Source: Alphaproteobacteria bacterium
GTDB taxonomy: Bacteria; Pseudomonadota; Alphaproteobacteria; Rs-D84
Assembly: GCA_015062545.1 (NCBI GenBank)
Contig: SUUL01000001.1
Coordinates: 27,402-91,401 of the forward strand
Direction of reading: 5' to 3'
Length of the DNA: 64,000 nucleotides
The position numbers and the translations under genes are program-made. This document shows, piece by piece, positions 56,215 to 64,000 of this stretch. The notes under the pieces were generated by a model that had not been told where the DNA came from, made no database searches, and was given only the letters and a program-made list of their open reading frames with translations. Within the stretch, counting starts at the first letter, position 1; every line of letters starts with the position of its first letter.

Positions 56215-56405
56215 TTATATACTCCTTCGCGTTTATTTTATGTCTTACTTTAGTGAAAGAGCGGGGTTTCTTTAACCCCGCCCTTAAAAAATTTTTTTTA
56301 AGAACACTGTATATTATATATACGAATCGCCAAATTACAAGTAAAAAACACACACCGCATAAAATTGTGGAAGTATAGATTTTTTTAATCTATAATCGGT
56401 GCACT

Positions 56406-57449
56406 ATGATGAAAATATTAAGATCTTTGTTTTCGCCGGCGGCAAACAAAACCACAGCCGGTGCATTGGCGGCCAAATTTGGTCTGGAATTACGTGGAAA
56501 TGCGGGCGAACCTGTACGCGGGGTCGCACCAATCGCAGATGCGCGCGCAGGACAGTTGGCATTTTATTCAACAGAACAAAACAGTAATGCGTTCAAAATC
56601 CTGCCCATAGAAGTATTACAAAAAACACGCGCAACAGTTATTTTGGTACAGCCAGAAATGGCACAGCATGCACCCGCAGGGGCAACGTTGCTGATAACGG
56701 ACAGCCCACGTGGAAACATTGTTAAAATCTTGGGCGAAATTTATCGCGAAAAACCGCGTTTCGGTATCAGTAAAAATGCACATATTGACCGCGGGGTCTT
56801 TTTCCGCAAGAAACGCACAAATTACGTTGGACAATTTGCAACCATTGAACGTGGTGCGGTCTTGGAGCCTGGGGTCAAGGTTTATCCTGGGGCGTTTATT
56901 GGTCGCAACGTTGTGTTGGGGCGCGGAACAGTTGTACACAGCGGTGCACATATTGAAAACGCAACAATCGGCGCAGAATCTGTAATTAATGCAAACGCAG
57001 TTATTGGCAAAGACGGATTTGGATACACACGTCAAAATGGCAAAAATATCTTTATTCCACACGTTGGACGCGTTGTTATTGGCGAACGCGTATCGGTTGG
57101 TGCAAACACATGTATCGACCGCGGTGCGATGACAGATACGTGTGTTGGGGATGGAACAAAAATTGATAACCTGTGCCAGGTGGCGCACGGTGTTGTTATT
57201 GGCAAAGAGTGCTTCTTGGCCAGTGGTGTTGGCCTGGCGGGTGGCGTGGTTGTTGGCGATCGCGCGTTATTGGGTGGACACGTTGGTGTTGCAAATGGGG
57301 TACATATTGGTAACGATGCATCTGTTGGTGCAAACAGCGGTGTTTTCCGCAATATTCCAGATGGTGAATCACACATGGGATATCCAGCGGGCCCGGGAAC
57401 AGAATTTATGCGTCACTATGCATGGTTGCGTAAAAACGTGAAGAAATAA
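56406..57449 (+). CDS. lpxD: UDP-3-O-(3-hydroxyacyl)glucosamine N-acyltransferase
   Basis: Left-handed beta-helix hexapeptide repeats (GVVIGKECFLASGVGLAGGVVVGDRALLGGHVGVANGVHIGNDASVGANSGV). Confidence 0.9.
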   Translation: MMKILRSLFSPAANKTTAGALAAKFGLELRGNAGEPVRGVAPIADARAGQLAFYSTEQNSNAFKILPIEVLQKTRATVILVQPEMAQHAPAGATLLITDSPRGNIVKILGEIYREKPRFGISKNAHIDRGVFFRKKRTNYVGQFATIERGAVLEPGVKVYPGAFIGRNVVLGRGTVVHSGAHIENATIGAESVINANAVIGKDGFGYTRQNGKNIFIPHVGRVVIGERVSVGANTCIDRGAMTDTCVGDGTKIDNLCQVAHGVVIGKECFLASGVGLAGGVVVGDRALLGGHVGVANGVHIGNDASVGANSGVFRNIPDGESHMGYPAGPGTEFMRHYAWLRKNVKK

Positions 57450-57456
57450 TAAGAGG

Positions 57457-57903
57457 GTGGGCACTATGATTGATGCAAAAGAAATCGAAAAAGTTATACC
57501 ACATCGTGGGGACATGCGATTGGTGGACGAAATTCGCGAATATACCGACACCAGTGCGGTTGGCGTAAAATATGTACGTGACGATGAATTCTGGTGCGCG
57601 GGTCATTTTCCCGGCAATCCGATTATGCCCGGTGTATTACAAATCGAAGCGTTGGCGCAAACTGCGTGCTATGTTGCGTTTGCACGTTTGCCCGAAGAAG
57701 AACGTAAAGAAACGCTGGGGTATTTTACAACAATGGAAAAGATTAAGTTTTCACACATGGTACACCCGGGCGATAAATTGGAATTACATGTGGAATTATT
57801 GATGACCAAGATGAAGTTGCATAAATTCCACGGAATTGCATTTGTAGGCGGTAAAAAGGTTGCAGAATCCACATTTACCGCAGTACTGCAGAAAGTTGAA
57901 TAA
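57457..57903 (+). CDS. fabZ: 3-hydroxyacyl-ACP dehydratase
   Basis: HFPGNPIMPGVLQIEALAQ hotdog active-site region; 148 aa. Confidence 0.9.
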   Translation: MGTMIDAKEIEKVIPHRGDMRLVDEIREYTDTSAVGVKYVRDDEFWCAGHFPGNPIMPGVLQIEALAQTACYVAFARLPEEERKETLGYFTTMEKIKFSHMVHPGDKLELHVELLMTKMKLHKFHGIAFVGGKKVAESTFTAVLQKVE

Positions 57904-57928
57904 AACACCGCCGTTTGGCGGTTTTTTT
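57902..57928 (+). terminator. Rho-independent terminator after fabZ
   Basis: aaaacaccgccgtttggcggttttttt; a second hairpin (aaatgccccatgcggggcattt) at 57993-58015 serves the minus-strand gene. Confidence 0.7.
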
Positions 57929-58023
57929 ATGATTCAGTATGATCTGGGGACTATGGTCAAAGCCACAGGCTTGTCAAAAAAGCCCAAATAAAAATGCCCC
58001 ATGCGGGGCATTTTATTTGGTTT

Positions 58024-61000
58024 TTATTCCATGCTGGTAGAGATTACTTGGCCATAGTTACCAACTTCTTCCCCACCGATGAAGCAGCGTATCTTGGTAC
58101 CCACGTTATCCATGAATTCCTGAATCGCTTCTTGTTCGGCTGTGTCCAGTTGGGCATCCAAGATGCTGTCAGTAATATGATAGCCCAAGGCAGCACCAGC
58201 GACAGCACCGACTGCGGCACCAACACCAGAACCAATTTTTACGCCTTTTTCTCTATCATCTTCGTCATCGTCATCTTCTGCCTTGGAACATGCAGATCTC
58301 AGTTTTTGTAATTGTGCCTGAACTTTGCTTTTGGCAACAGATAATTTAGAATTGCCAACACAATATTCACCGTTGCTCATGCCTGGTTGCAATACGCCAG
58401 CACAATAACATGTTGTGGTACTGCCAGAAATCGAACATATTGTTTTGTCAGATGTTGTTGCAACATCACTATCCCATGCAGATTCTACAACATCGATTTC
58501 GCGCGCATATTCTTCTGCCTTTAATGCATATGTGTATGCATCTGACCAATGTTCACCATTCAAATTGCGCATCGCCGTATCTACATAATTGATACATTTT
58601 TTCTGGTTAGAATCAAAGTCATCCTTGTTGTTCTTCTTATAATTCTTACCCATCAAACCTTCCAGCGCATCACCCGATCCGATATGCGCACCCAAGAATG
58701 TACCACCGGTTCCCAAACCAACCGCACCCAATGCCGCCATCCAACCACGAATCTTTGGCTGAGATGCCTCTTTGGTTTCACGTGCATCTGCACCAGCGAT
58801 TTCTGCGATTTCTTGCAATCTTTCTTTTGGTATCCAAGAACCACATGTAAATGCGTCACCGGCTGCAAAGTATGTTGTGGACCAATCCGCACCCTTGGCC
58901 AATTTGTCCTGGATATTAATATCATCAGACCCCAGTGTTACACGTACACGGCAGAAAGAACCGTACAAATCATTACTGGCCACGAATTGATTCGATTTCA
59001 GACCCGCGCCTGCATACGTGGATGGAACCTTGCCTGATTTCAATTTCACCCACATAAATGTAGAGCCATTGTCATTGTTGCCCATAATACCGCCATTATT
59101 TGATGACAAACACAAGTTCTGCTGTTTGGTCAATTTGGCATTATATTTTGCCTGGGCTTCGTATTCAATGTCTGTTAACAATTCACGGAACAATGTTGTC
59201 GCGGACTGTGTTGTCAGATATGTATCGTATGATTCATATGCAGGTTCATCATAAACATCACCGTCTGAATCAACTTCGTAACAAACACCTTCCATGCCCT
59301 TGGAGTTATAGCACAACTGTTGACCGTTGGCATTTGTCTTTGCAACCCCTTCTTTGAATTCTACGGATTTTGCACCACCTGCATCAACCCAACCTTCACG
59401 AACAGATGAACTGTCGCCCCAGTTATTTCCAATCAAATCCGCACTGTCGCGTTTCAGACGCGCCTTTTGAATCTTTAGATGTTCATCACAAACTTCGGCT
59501 GTTTTAACAGTATTCATACACAGGCCCAATACAACCGTGTAATCCAATACACCGCCAACCTTGTTCATAGACGTATCAAATGTTTCGTTATCTGTTTGGG
59601 TCAAACTGCCAACAATATCCGTACGATTGCGATAGCAGTTCACATAATCTGTACCGCACATTGATTTAACACAGCTGGTTGCAACAGCCTGACACTGTTT
59701 TTTCATCTGGGCAATAGCCGCTGCACTGTAGCTGCTGGATAATGTTGCATTTAATGATGCAATTACACCAATAGGATCAGCCGCCGCAAGCGAATCATAT
59801 TCTGGGAACAGTGTATCAAATACACCATCACTTAGATAAGAATATGAATATGCCTGATCCTGGATAGATGCGTATGCATACTGACAATTTGTATCTGTAT
59901 TAACAACCGCTTCGCATCCTGTTTTGATGTCGTCACGTGTTTCTTTTTTATTGATTGATTCATTTGTGCCATTAAATACAGATGTATAGCACACAGACCC
60001 AACACCTTCGCCGCAGGAACGCATCGCACAAGACTTAATCGTTTCTACGCATTTATCTTTGGCCTTGGTATCAAATTTCTGCATTATATCTTGGATTTTT
60101 GAATCGATGTACTTCTTGCGCTGATCCAATGCGGCAGAAAATACTTCTTCTTGGACATCAACGTCAACCAGTTCACCCTTGGACGGTGTTTTTTCACGGA
60201 ATGTCATGTGACAAAACTTGTTTGCACCAATTGTATCCAAGCATGATGTTTTGAGATAGCGGTTAACATCACTTTTGCTTAATGAATCAGACTGAGCCGT
60301 AGTGGTTGCGCCATCATCCGCCAATAAATTTGCCGCCTGAACCGTTTTCAGGGTACTGCCTTCGATGCAACGCAGCGGATTGGCCGAGCATGCGCCCAAG
60401 AAGCACTGTTCAACAACCTTGTAACATGTAGAAACCGCATTCATTGCCGCCAACTGGGCACCATCTTCAATGGCGGTGGCAATACGACCACCGATTGTGC
60501 CGGTTGAAACCTTCCATGGGTATGTACCGAATAATTCACGAACACCGTCCGCCTGGCAACGCGCCAATGTACTTTCACAGAACAATGCCTGTTTTTTGAA
60601 TTCGCGTGTGTCTGTACACAATTCAAAGTCCGCGCCACAAACACTGTCTTTGTTCAAACATGACATATAGCGTTTTACACATGTTGATGTATCGTACTGA
60701 TTATCAATCGCCGCAGCCAATATCATCTGTCCCAAAACACTGCCGTCTGTTGGATATGTATAACGCGTAACTTCGTCATCTTCGTTCTTTTCTGCAATGT
60801 TTGACAGATAACTGATATTAGATGTTCCGAACAATCTGTTGATACCAGACGCAGAACACTGGGCCAATGTGCTGATACAATTTGGCATTTTCCCGTGGAA
60901 CAAAACATTTGTTGTACATTCAGCCATATCTTCACCACAGGAATCTTCGGACTTGATACATTCAGAATACGCATCAATACATTCAATATCGTCCAACAAC

Positions 61001-61215
61001 GCACTGGAAGAGCCAGATGATGTGCCAACATTGTTACCAGTTGACGATGCAATCAACGATGTCATTGTCGGCATACGGCGCACATTGCCCGTTGCAGAAA
61101 CACCCGCAGCCATTGTCGCAGTATTCAACATACCAGGACGCGCAGTTACCGCAAAAGCCGCAGGAATCACGCACAATACTGCAAATAAACTTGTCATATT
61201 TTTGAGAAAAGCCAT
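58024..61215 (-). CDS. Very large (1063 aa) secreted Cys-rich protein with C-terminal Gly/Ala-zipper segments
   Basis: Signal peptide MAFLKNMTSLFAVLCVIPAAFA; dozens of Cys in paired arrangements; an acidic DDDDEDD tract; hydrophobic GAVGLGTGGTFLGAHIGSG and GSGVGAAVGAVAGAALG zippers resembling those at 18428-22398. Confidence 0.6.
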   Translation of the reverse strand: MAFLKNMTSLFAVLCVIPAAFAVTARPGMLNTATMAAGVSATGNVRRMPTMTSLIASSTGNNVGTSSGSSSALLDDIECIDAYSECIKSEDSCGEDMAECTTNVLFHGKMPNCISTLAQCSASGINRLFGTSNISYLSNIAEKNEDDEVTRYTYPTDGSVLGQMILAAAIDNQYDTSTCVKRYMSCLNKDSVCGADFELCTDTREFKKQALFCESTLARCQADGVRELFGTYPWKVSTGTIGGRIATAIEDGAQLAAMNAVSTCYKVVEQCFLGACSANPLRCIEGSTLKTVQAANLLADDGATTTAQSDSLSKSDVNRYLKTSCLDTIGANKFCHMTFREKTPSKGELVDVDVQEEVFSAALDQRKKYIDSKIQDIMQKFDTKAKDKCVETIKSCAMRSCGEGVGSVCYTSVFNGTNESINKKETRDDIKTGCEAVVNTDTNCQYAYASIQDQAYSYSYLSDGVFDTLFPEYDSLAAADPIGVIASLNATLSSSYSAAAIAQMKKQCQAVATSCVKSMCGTDYVNCYRNRTDIVGSLTQTDNETFDTSMNKVGGVLDYTVVLGLCMNTVKTAEVCDEHLKIQKARLKRDSADLIGNNWGDSSSVREGWVDAGGAKSVEFKEGVAKTNANGQQLCYNSKGMEGVCYEVDSDGDVYDEPAYESYDTYLTTQSATTLFRELLTDIEYEAQAKYNAKLTKQQNLCLSSNNGGIMGNNDNGSTFMWVKLKSGKVPSTYAGAGLKSNQFVASNDLYGSFCRVRVTLGSDDINIQDKLAKGADWSTTYFAAGDAFTCGSWIPKERLQEIAEIAGADARETKEASQPKIRGWMAALGAVGLGTGGTFLGAHIGSGDALEGLMGKNYKKNNKDDFDSNQKKCINYVDTAMRNLNGEHWSDAYTYALKAEEYAREIDVVESAWDSDVATTSDKTICSISGSTTTCYCAGVLQPGMSNGEYCVGNSKLSVAKSKVQAQLQKLRSACSKAEDDDDEDDREKGVKIGSGVGAAVGAVAGAALGYHITDSILDAQLDTAEQEAIQEFMDNVGTKIRCFIGGEEVGNYGQVISTSME

Positions 61216-61299
61216 CCCCTAACTCCATTTTTATTACTTTATTCTATCATAAAACATGGGGTTTGAAAAGTGAAAAATATTGGGTTTGAACTTAATTTC

Positions 61300-62265
61300 T
61301 TAACAATTTTCCAAAATATATTTTAATTCCGTCATATCATCTGGCAAGCGTGTCTTGAAACGCATTTTTTCGCCAGTTACGGGATGAGAAAATTCTAAGA
61401 CTTCGGCATGCAACATTTGCCCGGAATGTTCACGCAAAAAATCCAACAAATCCGGGTCTTTGACCGTTCCAAGGCGCGATGCACCACGACCATATATCGG
61501 ATCACACAATACCGGAAAACCATGTGCCGATAAATGAACACGTATTTGATGGGTGCGCCCAGTAAACAATGTGCAACGCATCTGAGATACCCCAACGCGC
61601 GACCACGCATTTACAACAGCGACTTCGGTATGCGCAGGCTTGCCCCCGGATTTTACCATTGTCATTTTCTGACGATTACGCGAAGAACGCGCGATGTTAC
61701 CCGTGATGTCGGCAACCTCCCAATTCGGGACACCCCATACAAACGCAATATATTTACGTGTTAAATCATGCGCGGAAAACATCTTGACCAAACCACGATA
61801 TGCCGCATCTGACTTTGCAAAAACCATTACACCACTGGTATCTTTGTCCAGACGATGAACCACACCCGGACGCGTTTCACCGCCCAATGCCGACAGATGG
61901 GTGTGCGATAAAATATTTTGAACCAACGTTCCCGTTTTATTGCCCGCAGACGGATACATTACAACACCACGCGGCTTGTTTATAACAATAATATCATCAT
62001 CTTCAAATAAAATTTCCAAGTCAAAATCAGATGAAATATTGTCGGTTGCAACATCTGTCTGTGTATCTGGGATTTCTATAATAAACGTATCGCCGGTGTG
62101 AATTTTTTCTGAAACTTTGACCACAGAACCATCTGGACGTGTGATGCGAAAACGCTGAATCTCGCTGCGGGAAAATTCCGGCATCTGGGTTGCCAGATAT
62201 TTATCTGCGCGCGTAATTTCATCTGTGTCCGATACAATAAACTGACGTGTTTGTGACATGTGCAA
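61300..62265 (-). CDS. rluD: 23S rRNA pseudouridine synthase (RluA family, RluD-like, with an S4 domain)
   Basis: N-terminal S4 (RADKYLA...SRSEIQRF) and catalytic HRLDKDTSGVMVFAKSD. Confidence 0.85.
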   Translation of the reverse strand: MHMSQTRQFIVSDTDEITRADKYLATQMPEFSRSEIQRFRITRPDGSVVKVSEKIHTGDTFIIEIPDTQTDVATDNISSDFDLEILFEDDDIIVINKPRGVVMYPSAGNKTGTLVQNILSHTHLSALGGETRPGVVHRLDKDTSGVMVFAKSDAAYRGLVKMFSAHDLTRKYIAFVWGVPNWEVADITGNIARSSRNRQKMTMVKSGGKPAHTEVAVVNAWSRVGVSQMRCTLFTGRTHQIRVHLSAHGFPVLCDPIYGRGASRLGTVKDPDLLDFLREHSGQMLHAEVLEFSHPVTGEKMRFKTRLPDDMTELKYILENC

Positions 62266-62270
62266 AAAAC

Positions 62271-62735
62271 CTATTTATATTCATCCCAATCAGGACCAAC
62301 CGTACAATCTGACAAGTCAATGGTTAATTCGCGACCATCTGCATCAACCGGACATGTCAAAATCCCCGTAGTAGTTGCCTGGTCTGCATCACGGACAGCA
62401 TTACGATATGCAAATTTTATTTCCGTAGGGGTGGCAACACATGCAATATGCAGATGTTCATGATTGTAATCAGGACCAACCCATACACGCACACCATACC
62501 CCAGACCATAACACGGAAAGCCGTCCAAATAATACAATACCAACCCACGACCAACCAATTTCTTGTCCGAAATAAACGTACCATTGTATTCATTCAAACG
62601 CAGGCCCGTAACCGCCTGCCAATCGGTACTGGTGGAAAAAATACTGACCCGTGGGGTGGCCGGCGTGGACGAATCCGCCGCATGTGCGCCACAAAACACC
62701 ACCAAACCAAGTAATATCGATATTATCTTTTTCAT
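62271..62735 (-). CDS. Secreted hypothetical protein
   Basis: Signal peptide MKKIISILLGLVVFCGAHA; 154 aa; no motif recognised. Confidence 0.5.
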   Translation of the reverse strand: MKKIISILLGLVVFCGAHAADSSTPATPRVSIFSTSTDWQAVTGLRLNEYNGTFISDKKLVGRGLVLYYLDGFPCYGLGYGVRVWVGPDYNHEHLHIACVATPTEIKFAYRNAVRDADQATTTGILTCPVDADGRELTIDLSDCTVGPDWDEYK

Positions 62736-63259
62736 TTCTGGTCCCCCTGGGGTAATTGCAAGTCCGCCAATGTTGCAGATATTTTCTTGACACCTGCAGG
62801 TAACGATGTCAATTTATGACAAAAATCAACAGATGCCCCAACATCCAATAATGTGGCCGATGGCATAAATTTCTGGCGCGACAACACACGGCCGGCCCCA
62901 TCAGACAAAATAATTATCAAATCAGGAACACCATATATCGCATCCGACACATTTGTAACCGCACCACATACCGTAACATAGGAAACACCGTTTTCATCCG
63001 TATCTGTTGTAACACCAGTTACCGATGCAACCAGCGGACCGCGCACAGCCTGGGATGCCTGATGATGTGTAATAACAGCAATCGCAAACACAATCGCCGA
63101 CAACAACGCACACAATGCAGTAAAAAACATTAATAACGAATTTTTGCGCGCGGGGGGCGCAACATGCCAAACATGCCCACAAATCGCACACTTGACCGGC
63201 GAAGAAGGTACGCCATCCAACGAATATTCTGTTTTGCAAAAGTCACATTTTATTTTCAT
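62732..63259 (-). CDS. Zinc-ribbon (MJ0042-type) membrane protein with a DUF3426-like periplasmic domain
   Basis: N-terminal MKIKCDFCKTEY...CAICGHVW double-CxxC zinc ribbon, one TM, then a beta-rich C-terminal domain. Confidence 0.6.
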   Translation of the reverse strand: MKIKCDFCKTEYSLDGVPSSPVKCAICGHVWHVAPPARKNSLLMFFTALCALLSAIVFAIAVITHHQASQAVRGPLVASVTGVTTDTDENGVSYVTVCGAVTNVSDAIYGVPDLIIILSDGAGRVLSRQKFMPSATLLDVGASVDFCHKLTSLPAGVKKISATLADLQLPQGDQK

Positions 63260-63279
63260 GTTTATACTTATACCACAAA

Positions 63280-63978
63280 TTATTGTAAATTCAACTGCCG
63301 ATATTTTGTGCGAACGCGTGTCTGAATTTCATCCAATGCAATCATATAGTCTGCAACCGTTGCATTTTTATTCGCAGACACCGAACCAAATGTTTGCCCC
63401 GAAACAGTCCCAGAATCGCCATAAAAGGCGGTTGCCAATGTTGCCATAAAATTTAATTCTTGGAATATGGCATCTGCAAAATTCGCTTCGCCAGATGATG
63501 CATCCCAATAATAAGACGAATTGGCAGAATCTTGCAGACGATCGCGAATAACCAAACGTGGTGTCACAGACCCTGCAAAACCCACCGTAACATACATCGC
63601 ACTTATTCGACCGCCGGTCATGTCCAAAGCCTGATTTATTTTCAAAATCGCATACTCGGCATCCTCGTTAATAGACAAACCAGATAATGATAATTTCGAA
63701 ACCCACAAATTATCAGTGGTAACAGACGAAAATTTTGCAACATCCGCAATATTAAACGACCCCGCAATTTCCATATTCTTGGCATCAGACGACAACATAC
63801 CAGATACAACCGCAGTCGTTGATTCAAATGGCCAATTTACAGTAGTGCGATTTTGAAAAATCAAATCTTGGACAGCAATATTGGGAACCGTCAAAAATTC
63901 TGAAAATTCAACATGACTGGAATTTATAAAAGACGAATTATTTATATTATGCCCCCCCAGATTTAATGCTGTCATCAT
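63280..63978 (-). CDS. Hypothetical protein; the CDS may extend beyond the window end
   Basis: The open frame reaches within 22 nt of the window edge; no motif recognised. Confidence 0.35.
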   Translation of the reverse strand: MMTALNLGGHNINNSSFINSSHVEFSEFLTVPNIAVQDLIFQNRTTVNWPFESTTAVVSGMLSSDAKNMEIAGSFNIADVAKFSSVTTDNLWVSKLSLSGLSINEDAEYAILKINQALDMTGGRISAMYVTVGFAGSVTPRLVIRDRLQDSANSSYYWDASSGEANFADAIFQELNFMATLATAFYGDSGTVSGQTFGSVSANKNATVADYMIALDEIQTRVRTKYRQLNLQ

Positions 63979-64000
63979 ACGAGAATCTTCGGGTTTGTCA

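Noticed and set aside
56215-56405. Possible missing rimP upstream of nusA
   Set aside because: The 190-bp nusA-lpxD intergenic region contains only a hairpin (GCGGGGTT…AACCCCGC) and promoter-like hexamers, with no ORF. Absence of rimP cannot be judged from one window.
1-64000. CRISPR arrays and rRNA genes
   Set aside because: No regularly spaced direct repeats of 25-40 bp, and no rRNA-like conserved stretches, were seen on either strand.

Overview
The window is a 64-kb chromosomal segment of moderate GC content, probably from an alphaproteobacterium with a compact genome. Support for that guess: a DUF2312/GapR-like gene, SPOR-domain proteins, a short (800 aa) ValRS lacking a C-terminal extension, and a VirB10/TrbI-like gene; a Rickettsiales-like assignment is inference only. 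Most of the window is conserved housekeeping DNA, largely on the minus strand. In order: yidC-lspA, a Kef-type cation/proton antiporter, rsmA-recR, a D-Ala-D-Ala carboxypeptidase with a SPOR domain, pyk, a marR-tolC-adaptor-acrB efflux operon, gyrA, rpmH, an acyl-ACP thioesterase, valS, comF, a fragmentary cell-wall cluster (mrcA / mraY-ftsW-murG), nusA-infB, lpxD-fabZ and rluD. Among these sit several very large secreted proteins that are cysteine-rich and carry glycine-zipper-like segments; I cannot assign them a function. The most unusual stretch is an accessory region of about 12 kb between tRNA-Gln (22616-22689) and tRNA-Glu (34616-34690). It is a patchwork of AT-rich and GC-rich segments and carries: a large serine recombinase whose 3' end is encoded antisense to tRNA-Gln; a membrane/coiled-coil protein; a roughly 430-bp GC-rich segment that is either a structured RNA or an odd N-terminal extension; a near-consensus promoter with an operator-like inverted repeat and a 36-bp perfect palindrome; a 169-aa HUH endonuclease (IS200/RAYT-like or a minimal Rep) flanked by palindromes; an AT-rich all-alpha protein; a GC-rich hairpin element; a GIY-YIG nuclease; a protein with an H-G-S (ADP-ribosyltransferase-like) motif; an ABC-F ATPase; and an operon of two paralogous Kdo/WaaP-like kinases plus a putative glycan-modifying protein. 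Beyond tRNA-Glu lies a partial tandem duplication of the tRNA 3' region. No CRISPR array, rRNA gene or reverse transcriptase was seen. Every functional call comes from reading motifs in the supplied translations; no database search was possible.
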